Positions 46,289 through 58,714 of a DNA stretch of 64,000 bases are shown here, one piece after another. Source of the DNA: Guillardia theta CCMP2712 (taxonomy: Eukaryota > Protista > Cryptophyta). The translations under genes and the position numbers were made by a program. Under the pieces are notes generated by a model that was not told the origin of the DNA, did no database searches, and saw nothing but the letters and a program-made list of their open reading frames with translations. Position 1 is the stretch's first letter. Each line of letters begins with the position of its first letter. Location of the stretch: NCBI RefSeq assembly GCF_000315625.1, contig NW_005434607.1, positions 188,494 to 252,493 of the forward strand, written 5' to 3'.

Positions 46289-49200
46289 CTCAGTGCAGCA
46301 GATCTGAAATCTCCTGCTCTCAAGGTCAGCAATGACATGAGCTTGTCCTACCCCCCCATCACCTCCTGCAGGTTGTGCCTGCGCATGAAGGGCGTGGTCA
46401 ACAAGCTTCCTAGCTGTGACAAGTTCGCAGTGATCTGTCAGGGATCAATTGCGTCAGGAGGAGGAGCTTGCTGAGAGCAAGGAGTTTACCTGATCTAGCT
46501 GGGTCAAGCTCCCAAACAACCCCCACACCTGCGCACTGTCATCTTCAACCGCTACATAGCATCGATCCCACGTTGGTTGCGACTGCCTCCTTGCCCCCGC
46601 GTCCTGTCCGTTGGTCTTCCTGCGATGTTTCCACCGCTTCGCTGGACAGGGAAGTCAGACAGTGAGATGAAGGTACATGATAGCAAGTGATGGTGGTAAT
46701 GATGGTAGCCAAAAACGAGGTGGATGAGGATGAGGATGAGGAGGAGAAGGAGAAGGAGGAGGAGGAGGGTAGAGGAGGAGGAGGAGGAGGAGGAGGAGGA
46801 GATCAGCTGATGAGCTTCAGGAGGGCGACGAGATGGAGGGGTTAGGGAAGAGAGGTCATTACCTTGCCTTCCGCTTCATCCCCGCAGTTTGATAGCGATT
46901 GGCGTCCAGATTCTCTTCCACGTGATCCTCCTCCGACATGTACCGAGCGGTCGCATGCCGCACAGACCGCGCGACATTCTCCATGCCCTCCCGCTCGCTC
47001 AGGATCATCCGTGACAGCTCATGGAACATCTCCATCTTCTCCGTTCCTGCGGGGCATACGCGTCAAGGGATTGCCATGGCTGACCCGATCCAGCGCACCG
47101 AGAATGTCGATGCTTCCTTGAGCCTCGTCGTCCTCCTCGTCGAAGGATAGAGACTTGATCACCCCCTCCTCCCCCTCCTCCTCCAAGTTGCTATCTATCC
47201 TGAAGTTTGCAGGGGAAGCACTTCGAACGAGAGAATTCCGTCCCTGCGACCGTGACGCCCTCCTGCTCATCCTCTCTTCCTCCACGTCCGTGTCAAGAGT
47301 CCATGCCTGCGACAAGCGAGGGAAGCGCGCTCCAGCAAACTGCAAAGCTGCACAGCATCATCAGTTCAGGAAGGGAGGAGGAGGAGGAGGGAGAAGACGA
47401 GCATAGTATAGGAGGAAGGACGACAGCAGCCTTACTGTGATGAGAGACAACAGGGATCATCAGCTCGCATTCTCGAAGTTCTGCGATCCTTGCAAGCAGG
47501 ACATCCTGGTCGCCGTCAGCGTCTCTTTCTCCTCCTCCTCCTCCTCCTCCTCCTCCTCCTCTGTTACCTGCAGCGCTTGCCATGCTGTTCGACGCCAGCA
47601 CCGCATGTCGGCGCCCTTGGCTGCGTTGAAGGAGGCGTTCAAGTTGACCAGCAGCGGAGGAGCAGGCCCCCCCTTGCGCTTTGCCTCGATTTTACTCTCA
47701 GTGTGCATTTTCAGGAGCTTGATGCAGGAATCCTTGACTAGCTGGAGCTGGAGGATAGAGAAGGAGAGGTCAACGACTTGTCCTCAGAACTTCTGTCACT
47801 CACTGTGCTAGAGTCGTCCTTCCCGTCCTCTCCCCCTGGGAGGAGCTGCTCTAGCAGATCTCTTGCAGGCTTGCCGGTGAATTTGATCCTCTCCTTGACC
47901 CCCTGCCACCTGACATGCGATCGATCCGAGACAGCTGGAGGAGGGTCAGCAAGACACCAGCGAGACTCTGAGAGCAAGGGGGACGGTCGAACTTTGCCCA
48001 TGTGAGGAACAGAGCAGAAATTGAAACAGTCTGCAAGCAAGCAGGACAGAGAGAGGGAAGGAAGGCGGGGGAAGGGACTAAGTACGGATGGATGGAGGGA
48101 TGGAGGGATGGAGGGATGGAGGGCAATTGGCGATCAAAAGCAAACGAACCTCTCTCAACCTCCTCAACGATCGCCAGGGTCCGATCGCAAGCAGCGACAA
48201 AAACTTGGAGGAGGCCGACTCGTATGCTGGGGAGGAGGATGAGTTTGAGCTTGTCGCACGGGGATTCACCTTCTCATCCTCATGCTCTCCACTTGTATGT
48301 TGCTTGTTGCAGACAACCAGAGAGAAAGGAGAACGTCCGCCACCTCCTGGCGGCAGAGGAGGAGAGGACGAGGAAGGGATCCGAGTAGCCAGCCCTTGGC
48401 GGTGGGCAACGCAGGGGAGCAGCTGCTCCCGTCCTCGTCGAAGTGCCGGCAGAGGCCGAGTAGGAAGTCGTGAGATACGGTGACGGAGACGTTGCGGAGG
48501 GAGAGGAGAAGAGCACATCCAGCCTCGCACACTTCTGCAGAGCTCATGCAGAAGAAACGGACCAGGAGCCGGTGCTCCACGGAAGACAACACGCGACTGA
48601 GGAGCGAGCGGAGGCGGCGGTGAAGCTCCTCCTCGCCTCCGGCAAGCCGAATCAGCTGCGAGAAAGTCAGCAGAGGGCGAGAAGGCTGAGGAGGAGAAGG
48701 AAGAAAGGAAGAAGGAGAAGGGGACGAGCATGTAGGGGAAGGGGGGCAGAGATTGAGTACAGGAGGAAATGGGGTAAGACGGAACCTGTGCTGAGGCAGG
48801 AACCAACACCGCAAGAGGTACCAGCATGCGTTCAGCAGTATCTGCAAAGCGCGTGAGATGAAATGAGATCAGACAGCGGGAGGCGGGGAGGTAGAGGAAG
48901 ACAAGATAGAAGAGGACCAGTAATGTGCTTCTCGATGGTGCTCCTCGCCGCCTCCATCTCCTCTCCTGCCTCCTTGCAAGCCTGAAAACGAGCAAGTAAC
49001 TTCAGGAAGCAAAGGAAGCAGCTACATGCCTTCTCCACAGACTCTCCGAGCATTGGGCCCAGCAAGAGCGTCGCAGCTGCGGGAGCTTCTCTCCTCCCTC
49101 CTCCTGCCTTCCCCATCTTGTCCTTCCCTGGCGGCTTGTGCGCGAGGGAGAAGGAATGCAGACTCGAGATGTGAACTTGATGAAGCGCATGAGCATGAGA

Positions 49201-52050
49201 TCTCGATTGCACTCCCTGCTTCCAATCCTCCTCTCCCTCCTCCTCTTGCTCTTCCTCGCCCCCTCTCTCCTCCGCAATCCACTCAGGCCCGTCTTCATCC
49301 TCTGCGGCCCCGTGGCGACGATGATCGTGTAGCTGAAGGCACGGCAGTTATGCAGGGCAGAGGAGGCGAGGAGTCGAGACAAGGGAGAAGTCAGGCAGCA
49401 CAAGCTTACCTTGAGCACTAGGTCTCCTCTGATCCAAACCCGCTCCTCCTGCTTCTCCTCCTCAACATTGGGGGGTTGAAACAGGGAGGAGGCAGACGCC
49501 TCGTTGATCTCGTGCTCCCTGCTCCTGTTCTTCCTCCATAGCCACTCGTCCATTGCCCGACACAGCAAAGCGCGGAATTCACGAGGGTCCCTCCTCCGTG
49601 AGGAGGGGGGGGAGACGAAGAGGAGAGAGGATCGGAGGCTCGTGGGCAGCACGACCTGAGCCCCCTTGACTAGTACCTTCCTCCTCCTCCCTTCGTTCAG
49701 CGACATCGCTTCGTCCATATGTACTTGCAGCTGAATTTCCCCCTCGCTGCCTCCTCCTGCCCCTGCCCCTGGTACGAGGACGCTGCCGGCAAGGTGTACT
49801 TGCGGGAACTTCGATAGAAGGAGATGCCCGACATGAGCATTGCTAGCTGAAACATGGAACGTGCAGTTGATGAGGGAGGAGGAGGAGGAGGAGGAGGAGG
49901 AGGAGGAGGAGGAGGAGGAGGAGGTCCTGATAATGACCAAACTATCCTCCTCCTGTTTGAGCATCTTCGACAAGCCCCCCCTCGTGACGTGGCAGAGCAT
50001 CTCCGCCGTTTTCTCCTCCTGCCCAGCTGGGATCGAGCTGGGATCAAACAGCTCCAGCAGCACATCTAGCTGGACGTAGGCTGCCCTCTGAAACGTCTCC
50101 GAAGTGAAGGAAGTTGAAGTCAACCTGAGCATGAGGGATGAGTGTGAAAAGGAGAGAGAGAGAGGGAGAGAGAGGAGAGGAGAGGAAGGGGTTGATGTGA
50201 GAGGGAGGAGGGAGGGAGGAAGGGAGGAAAGGGGGGAGAGAGGGAAGGAGCGAGGAGGGGAGGGAGCGAGGGAGGGAGGAGCAGAGAAAGAGAGCAACAC
50301 GAAGCAGGGGAGAGGATCGACGGGAGGAACAGCAGGGACAGTCGTAGCAGGAGTGAAGGGAGGAGCAAGGGAGGGAAGGAGGACGAGGCTGATCACATGC
50401 TTCTCTTGGCCGCGAGCTCCATCCTTGAGATCGCCTGCTCTTTGACATTCCGCGACTGCAGGAACCTGATGGTGTCTTCGGAGAGGGAAGGGAAGGAGGC
50501 GTTGTAGGATCCAACGCCCCAGTCCTGCAGCTCCTTCTCGTCTCCCCCCAGCAGCGGGTTCATCTTCCTCCTCTTCAGCCTCTCTGCCTTGAACGCAAAC
50601 TCGTCGTTGACCTCCTTCACTCTGCAGCAGCAGTCACTCGGAGTCGCTCTCCTCCTCGTGCTCTTCTTGTTCCTCCCCTTCTCCTCAATCTTCGTCCTCG
50701 TCCTCGTCCTCTCCCTTGTCCTCTCCCTCCTTCGTCGTCGTACCTCTGTGAGATCTGAGCAAACAAAGCTCTGCATGACTCAAGGTGGGCGGTCAACGCC
50801 GCCTTCATCTGCTCCGCCTTCTTCTTCCCCTCCTCCCCGTCTCGTGCACGGGGCTCGTAGAGATCTCCCCTCCTCTCCTCCTTAAGACGCTGCAGAGATC
50901 GCAGGGACTCCGCGGAGAGGCCGAGGAGCTCCTCGACCCTCCTGATCTCCATCTCCACCTCCGCCATTACCGACGAGCATTTCTCTCTTACCTGCCCCCG
51001 CAAGCTTCTTGTCAGCACTTGCTTGCACAACAAGTGTACGAGCTGTCTTCGAGCTCCTCTCCTCTCTGCTTCCCTCTTGCTTCTCTCTCCTCCGTACCTC
51101 CCCTCCCCTCCTCTCTCTCTGCATTCCTCTTGTTCCCCTCTCCTCTTTCTCACCACATAGAGCGAAGGGAGTTGTAGTGAATGCAAGTCACTTGTTGTCT
51201 TCTCAACTTCCTTGAGAGTCCTTGCCGTCTTCTCCTCAACCTCCTGCCTTGCTGTTACCCTCTTGCCACCACCACCACCTCCTCCTCCTCCTCTCTTTCC
51301 TCCCCCCCCCAACCCCTTTCCCCCTCCTACCTTGACAGCAGACAGGCCCTTCTTCACCGATTCATTCAGCTGCTGGAAACGGGAGAGGATCGCGTTCAAG
51401 TGCTCCTCCTCCATCTTCTTCAACGTGGCCTCGAACATGGTCACCTGGACTCATCGCTCAGGGGTGAACGACTCGAAGTCTCGACTTACCTCCCTCCTCC
51501 TGCCCGTAACGATGTCCTCTATCCTCGCTATGCTGTTCTTCATCCAGCTTCTGATGCTCTCGAGCAGGTCCACGTTGGTCGAGATCCCCGACATGTCAAG
51601 TTTCTGAAGGACAGTTAGGCTACGATATGAGAGCAGGAGGACGGGGCTACACCAAGAGGAGGGAGGGGAAGAGGAGGAAAGAGGAAGGAGGAAGGAGGAT
51701 AGGGAAAGAGAGAGAGATGAGGATAAGGCGAGGCTGGGGGGACGGAGGAGTGGGGGTCAAGGAGGATGGAAAGGAGTTGGAGGCGTGAAGAAAGAAGGGA
51801 GGGGCATGGACTTGGAGGTGGGCAGGGAGGTGGGCAGGGAGGTCTGGTGAGGAGCACAGAGAAAAGGGAACAGGAGGTCTACAAGAGGCGGAGCAGGGCA
51901 AGGAGGAGCGAGAGCAGGAGCAAGAGCAAGAGGGCTGAGAGCGGGACCAACCTGGGCCTCGTCGAGGAGGTTGGTGGTGTTGGAGATGCAGTGCAGCCTC
52001 TCGCTCGTCATCTTGTGATATTCCTTCTCGCTCAGCTGCTGCTTCCCCTC
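46289..52050 (-). CDS. Multi-exon coding region, probably the C-terminal continuation of the Sac3/GANP gene (could be a separate gene)
   Basis: A continuous series of splice-bounded exons with coiled-coil and helical segments. The terminal exon is EISDLLH*. No obvious intergenic break was seen. Confidence 0.55.
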
Positions 52051-52254
52051 TATCACTGTGCACTTTGAGTTCTCCTGCCATCCAGCAGGTCCAAATCAGT
52101 TCTAAGCTCCAATATTCCCTCTTTGTTACACCCCCCCAACTCGCTACCCCCCCCCCCCCCCCCCCCCACCTCCTCCTTTCCGCCTTCTCCCTTCTGCTCC
52201 TAACCCTCCCCAACCATTCCCACCATATCCTTGCTTCCCTCCCCTTCATACAAG

Positions 52255-52972
52255 TACTTGCATACCAGCTCAACTTTTTGCAGGATGCCTTTCATAGTCG
52301 ACTCGATGCTCCGCAGTTTCGCTTCATCCTGCTTCTCTTGCGCCTTTCTCCTCGCCTCCTCCTCTTGCCTCTGCCTCTCCAACAACTCGGCCTTGCGCTT
52401 CTCCTCTTCCTCTCTCTTCCTCGCTTCCTCCGCCCTCCTCTTCTCCTCCTCCGACGGTACAACCTGCCCAGGGTCAAACACCTCCTTTCAACCTCCGACG
52501 CCTCTGCCATCACCTGAGGCGGCGGAGCCGGAGCAGGACGAGGGGACTGAGCAACGGGCTCGACAGGTCGGGGACTAAAGGATGAAAGTAAGGAGGACAA
52601 GCCAGCCTTCTCCAGCTGACGAGCAGAAGCAAAGGATGTGCCCGTGTCCTTGCCGATGGATACAGGGGGCTCTAGAGCAGCCTTCGTGGGCAGTTGAGCA
52701 GGAGATGGCTTCAACACTTGGGGAGGAGGAGCGACTTTCTGCTGCTGCTGGCTGCTCAACGGAGCGAAGTCGGAGGGGGATGCGATCGCATCCCCCACCA
52801 CCTCGCCAGGCACGGCAGGCATCTTCTTGGTGATGAAGGAAACCTGAGCAGATGCGCATCAGGGAATGAGCCGTTGGAGGAGAGACGATGGCGAGGCCAA
52901 GGGATAGGACATGGATGACGAAGGGAAGAGGTAGTAATGAGCTGGAGGAGGAAGGAGCAGAAGGATCAGGGA

Positions 52973-53026
<54 letters not shown>

Positions 53027-56000
53027 AACAGGGATGCTAAGAAACGAAAGATGGGCGGGGGGAGGGGGTAGAGAACAGGGGAATGGAACTATAGAGGCAG
53101 ACCTTCTGGACGTCACAGAAATCGAGATCGGAGCTGAGCTTTGCCCGGTGGAACTGCACTGCCCCATCCTTCACCTCCATCCCCTTGCTCGTCAGGAAGG
53201 CCTCGGCAGCAGCGTCGTCCTCGAAGCCAAGCCTCCCCTTCAGCCCCTCCACCCTCTCAGCCGCCTCGTTCCTCGCCGCCCTGCTGCAGATGATGGCGTC
53301 CAGCGCTCGGATCCTCATGGTGGGGAAGTACTGGTGGAGGAGGGCGAGGAGGAGGTAGGGAACCCGATCCCCTCTCGCCAAGCGGAAGAAGCGAACGTAG
53401 TTGCCGTCCTCGATGCAGGCAGCGAGGTCGACGGCAAGGCAGACGAGAGGATGGGAGCGGAGGGGCCGGTCGAGGGAGTGGTACATCTCCTGGATGGACG
53501 ACTGGTAGTTCTCCCGCATGGCGAGGACGAGAATGTAGTAGGAGGTAAACTCGGCCTCCGCAGGCGGCCGCATGTTCCTGCTGCGCATCTCCGGGTAGAC
53601 GTCCTTGACGAGCTTGCATAGGTTCTTGTAGATGTAGTCCTCGTGCGAGCCCATGCTCGTTCCTCCTTGGGAGCAGCGGGAGAATCCGATGCTCTCCTTC
53701 TTGCCCATCTGATCCACGAGTGAGGGAGGGAGCGAAGAGGAAGCGAAGGGGGGGGGAGGGTGAAGGAGGAGGAATTGGTAATCGAAAAAAGGAGGAAAGA
53801 GAAGTAGAGGAGGAAGCAAAATATGAGGAACAAGTGGAGCAGAGAAATAAGAGGAGGAGCAGGAAGAAGCGTTCAAACATCCACCTGGTTTGTTATTCCG
53901 TGGGTCTTGAGTCTCTCTGCTGCCCAATCTTTCCCCCTCGCCATCTCCACGCACATGTCTTCGGCAAGCCGGTAGTGTGCATCTAGCGCTATGCGCAGGA
54001 CTCGCTCGAAGACGCTGGCGATGGCGGGGGAGGGAGGGTAGTGGTCATGCAGGAAAGCCATATCGGAGCTGATGGCCTTGATGACGTCATGGAGGACCTT
54101 GTAGACACCGACGTATCCCCCGGGACATCGCTCCATCATCTCTCGCTTCATCCACAGCCTCCTGCAGTGATCAATGGTGTCGTGCATGGCCTGAAGCGTC
54201 CTCATGTCGCTTCCAGCGTGCGCAGCTCCCGCTCCTCCTCGGTGAAACTCGTAGCGGCAGACGACGAGGGCAGGCCAGGAGGGCTCGAGAGTTTCGCTGT
54301 CTCGCTCCATCACCGAGAAGGCAAAGTTCCCACGAGAACGCCGATCGTCGAACTCCTTCTTGGAGCACATGTAGGGGCACGTGGGAGCCTTGCTCTCGCT
54401 GGCTCCTCCTCCTCCTCCTCCTCCTCCTCCTCCTCCTCCTCCTCCTCCTCCCTCTGGCTCCCCCGCCGCCCAGGATGGGTCGACCATCTCGTCTTGCGCT
54501 ACTGCAACAACTTGCTTCTGTACCGTAGGAGGGGGGAGAATGGAGGGAGACGTGATGTCGACTTTTGAGTGAGCCATGTCTTCTTCATACGCCTTCGCTT
54601 CAGCCGCCATTCTCTCCTCCAGCTCCTTGGCTGCTTGCTGCTGCTCAGCACGTCTGCATGCTCTGCACTTGAAGGGACCGTCCTGATGGCCAAAGTCGCT
54701 CGCCTCTACCCGCTTGCACCTGGAGCATGTCTTCATGTAGTCTTCCTCTTTCTCCTCTCCCCCTCCCTCGAGGATCTCAATCTTCTCTTGCGATCCCCTT
54801 CCCTTCTTCATGGGAACTTCGGGGGCTGCTGCGGGCTGCTCTTTTGCAACCGTCATCTTTGCCCTCGTCGATCTTGACTGCAGCCCTTGTGACATCAACG
54901 TCTCCTTGACTGTCATCTCAAATGTCACGCGTCGAGCAAGAAGCTGCGTTGATCGCATACCAGGATCATTGCCTTCTTGCTTTGCCTTATTCTGTAAGAA
55001 AAAATACAGATGGAAGGAAGAAACAGCGGGGGAGACGGGAGAAGTAAGGAAGGGAAAACACAAGAGAAAGGGAAAACTGCAGATTCAGGGTCGAACAACT
55101 CGCTAGACACAAAATCTCACAGGTTGCTTTGTCACTTGCTGACTCTTCTTTGCTTCCAACTTCGCTCTCCCGCAAGCTGTACGGGCATACTCGTCTGCCA
55201 AAGATTTCTTGTCCTCACCCTTGGCCGTGATCCCGTACATCTCCTCCAACGTGTAGTAGATGTCATCCTTGAACACAATCGTCATCTCTTTCCACGAGTC
55301 CCTTCAACATGCTACCTCAGATATGTTCTGATCTCGCATGATCGCTTTCGCCAGCCCTCCCACATTTGTCATCAGCAGGTCGTACTGCATCAAACGAGCA
55401 TCAGACCATATCCTCCTCCTCGCCCTCCCACTCACTTGAGTCAGGGGGCAGAAACGAAATTGACACTCCTCCTGCTCCTCCTCCTGCGGTGGGTTGCCGC
55501 CTGACTCCAGCGGGTCTTCGTATCCTTGCGCTGCTACGAATTTGGTCGTGGGGGGGAGGCGAGGAGGAGCAGCCTTCACTTCCCTGCTGAGCGATCAAAA
55601 ACAAAATTCTGTTACAAGACAGCAGCACATGCGGGATTCTTGGATCGGCTGCTCCTTCGGCCCTTGCTCCACCCTTGCAGCATCGTTGGGCTTTACGGCA
55701 GCCTTCCTAAATGTCTTGTCTGCCATGGCCAACAATCAGCGGGTCCTAGCGGCATGTCCACCACTCACTCTTGAACTTGGTAGCCCCTGCGCTTGCAGTG
55801 CCAAGTCCATTCCCAGCATTGCTAGAGTCATCTGTGCAGTACTCACACACCAGCTCATCTGGCTCAAACAAAGAAATACCACTGCCAGAGTGTGCAGATC
55901 TCTTGGTAACCAACCCACTTCCTGTATTCCCAAACGCGCTTCCTGTATTCCCAAACGCGCTACTAGCGTTCCCGAAAGCGCTTCCTGTGTTGCCAAACGC

Positions 56001-56384
56001 GCTTCCTGTATTCCCAAACGCGCTTCCTGTGTTGCCAAACGCGCTTCCTGTATTCCCAAACGCGCTACTAGCGTTGCCGAAAGCGCTTCCTGTGTTGCCA
56101 AACGCGCTTCCTGTATTCCCAAACGCGCTTCCTGTGTTGCCAAACGCGCTTCCTGTATTCCCAAACGCGCTTCCTGTGTTGCCAAACGCGCTTCCTGTGT
56201 TCCCAAACGCGCTTCCTGTGTTGCCAAACGCGCTTCCTGTATTCCCAAACGCGCTTCCTGTGTTCCCGAAAGCGCTTCCTGTGTTGCCAAACGCGCTTCC
56301 TGTGCTGCCAAACGCACTTCCTGTGTTGCCAAACGCGCTACTAGCGTTCCCGAAAGCGCTTCCTGTGTTGCCGAACATGGACAT
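52255..56384 (-). CDS. Sac3/GANP-family mRNA export factor (TREX-2 scaffold) with N-terminal FG repeats
   Basis: (GSAFGNT)n N-terminus. SAC3_GANP motifs TCPYMCSKKE, VFERVLR, EAEFTSYYIL, GNYVRFFRL, YLLLALLHQYFPTMRIRAL and LGFEDDAAAEAFL. A coiled coil follows. Confidence 0.85.
55917..56378 (-). repeat. 21-bp coding tandem repeat (about 22 copies) encoding GSAFGNT
   Basis: Direct reading. Confidence 0.95.
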
Positions 56385-56943
56385 CGCTTGATTGTGCTTT
56401 GACTCGAATCTAGTCTCTCTGGCAGAGTTTCAATGGTCCTCAACCTCTCCTTGCATTGCCTCTTTCCTCCCCTCCCCTCCCCTCCCCTCCCCTCCTACTC
56501 CACTTCATCTGCCTGCCCATCGACCATCGCCTCGCTCGAACCCCTCATCCCCGCTCAGATCCATCGCTCGGATTGAGTGGTCTGCCTGAAATGGCGGACT
56601 CCGTACTGAACTGGAACGCACACTGCCCGGGGCCCAAGTGAACAGGGTTCCGAAGTTCCGAAGTTCGACGCCGGTCACCGGCGGAGCCTCCCAGGGCCTG
56701 GGAGGTTCAGCTGGGAGGCTCAGCGGCTACCGTCAGCGTACCCCCAGGCGGCCCTGAGGCTCCCGGCACTGAGAGTCGACTCGGTTTTGAATGGACGTAC
56801 GGCGTTTCAAAGTGTATTCTTGTGTGACGCAGCAATTTTTCGAGGCAAAAAGAATAGGCAAACAAGGAAACTTAATGATACAGACTCTCCAGTTCGACGT
56901 AGAGAGAACTTTGTCAATCAGCGGGTGTCGGAGCGGCCGCCCC

Positions 56944-58714
56944 TTACATGATGTTGTCGGCATTGTCTTCAAAGGTTTTCTCAATGGCGGCCCATGCGGC
57001 TGCACCTCCCTGCGAGCGAGGTCAGAACGCTATCATACAAGGGTCGAGCCACAGAGAGACATACCGGCAGCGCGCACATCGACCCAGCAATGATCTGAAT
57101 CAGACGTTCATTCAGCCCCTTGGTTTTCTGATTCGGTTTGAGTAAGAACCAGGAAACACTTCATAGGGCGTTACCTCTTGCAGACCAGTCGTGTCCACAC
57201 TGCTGCACAAGCACGCAGCAATGATCAAGGAGCCTCCCACCTACGTCAAGTCAGAGCCATCCTAGTCCTTGCCGAGCACGTACCCATGTATTCATTCCTA
57301 TGGCTTCACCCAGAACCGCATGCGCAAATGCAGCTCCCCAGATCGGTTCTGTTGAGTAGAGGACTGTAGTTTCCGTGGAGGAGAGCACTCCAAGAGAAGT
57401 TGTTTGAAGGAGGACTGTGAGGGCAGTGGTGATCAACCCGGTCCACACCACTGATACCGCCACCGGCATTTGCGACAGAGACTCAGTCACAGTCGCGACG
57501 TCCGGTAGTCCACCATTGTCCACCAACGCCCAGATGAGCCCTGTCAGCCACACGACAACCAGCTGAATCGCCGTGAGCTGCGGCCCCTTGCCGGGAAAGT
57601 TTCGCATCACTTTTTCAATCTTCCAGAATCCCATACCAAAGCCAATGGGTTGAGCAAGAGCCCACAGATCACCGATGCTCGGCTGCGATGTCCCTCCAAT
57701 CTCGAGAACTCCAACACCGAAAACTGCCAAAGCCGCTGCAATCCACGACTTCGCCTTCACGGTTTCCCCCGCAAACAGGTCAAGGAGAGGACAGATCACA
57801 ACTGCAAGTGAGCACAGAAATGCAGCAGTGGATGCGTCTGCTCCTGTGTTCAGTCCAATGCCCTGAACTACATATCCCATTGCAACCCACAAACCAATCT
57901 CCACACCAGGCTTGATCATGTCTCTGGGTACTGTCTTGAGGAAGGGACTGAGTGCTGCAAGGGCAAGGGTGAAACGAAGGATGGCAGCTACTGAAGGGTC
58001 CAAGGCCTCTTGCATTATCTTGATACTCCCGAAATTCGTTCCATAGAGTGCTGCAACCATGAGCAAGATCAACCTGGTTCTCTGTAACGTCCCCTCGTCA
58101 ACTTTAACCCCGTTTTCTGACGATCCTGCGACCTACAAACGTAGTCAGGCTGCAGTGACCAGGAGTTGAATGTCCTGCAGAGCTTACATTGTCTCCCATT
58201 TCGCTCTTCTCCAACACAGGTGCCTCTGTAGATGTCTGTTGCTGCATACGCACTGCACTGACCCTTGAGACCCTTGCGGGGGATCCGATCGAACGGGCAA
58301 CCTTGGAACAATGATCAGCAAAGCACAAACACAAGGCAAGGCATTTTCGGTGCAGGAACAGAGCTCAAACATGGTTTGCTGGAACAAGAGAGACACGTGG
58401 GAACCAGAGAGAGAGATGGTGCGTCTCGTATATTCTGTACCTTGCTCGGACGCAGAGTCGCTGCTGGTCGCAATTGCATGGCAGATTTCGCCCATGGCAT
58501 TTGGGGAGCCGAAGTAAGAAGTATATTCATGGCGCTTGTCAAGGTTTCAACAGTTGGAAGACGCAACATAGAGAATAAACGCAAACAACATCTGACAGCA
58601 GTGAAACACATGGGGAAATCGAACTGACCTGAGGCCAATGCCGCTGCCTGGGTTGAATGCCATCGCCATGCCCACACAGGAGATGGTTATAGCAATACTT
58701 CCTGAGGATCGCAT
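56944..58714 (-). CDS. Plastid-targeted EamA/DMT-family transporter
   Basis: Presequence MRSSGSIAITISCVGMAMAFNPG. Two EamA halves (LYGTNFGSIK..ILRFTLA..GYVVQGIGL..TAAFL; GDLWAL..VWTGLITTAL..LYSTEPIWGAAFA..LGE). Last exon ...DNADNIM*. Confidence 0.88.

Noticed and set aside
55746-55850. RanBP2-type zinc finger in Sac3 (SEWWTCR)
   Set aside because: The WWTC codons follow a GTGAGT donor and are probably intronic. The four-Cys pattern is incomplete.
55494-56443. Long alternative-frame ORFs (KRASCVA, QEARLAT, PNALPV repeats)
   Set aside because: They are by-products of a stop-free 21-bp repeat. The FG frame starts at ATG and fits Sac3/GANP.
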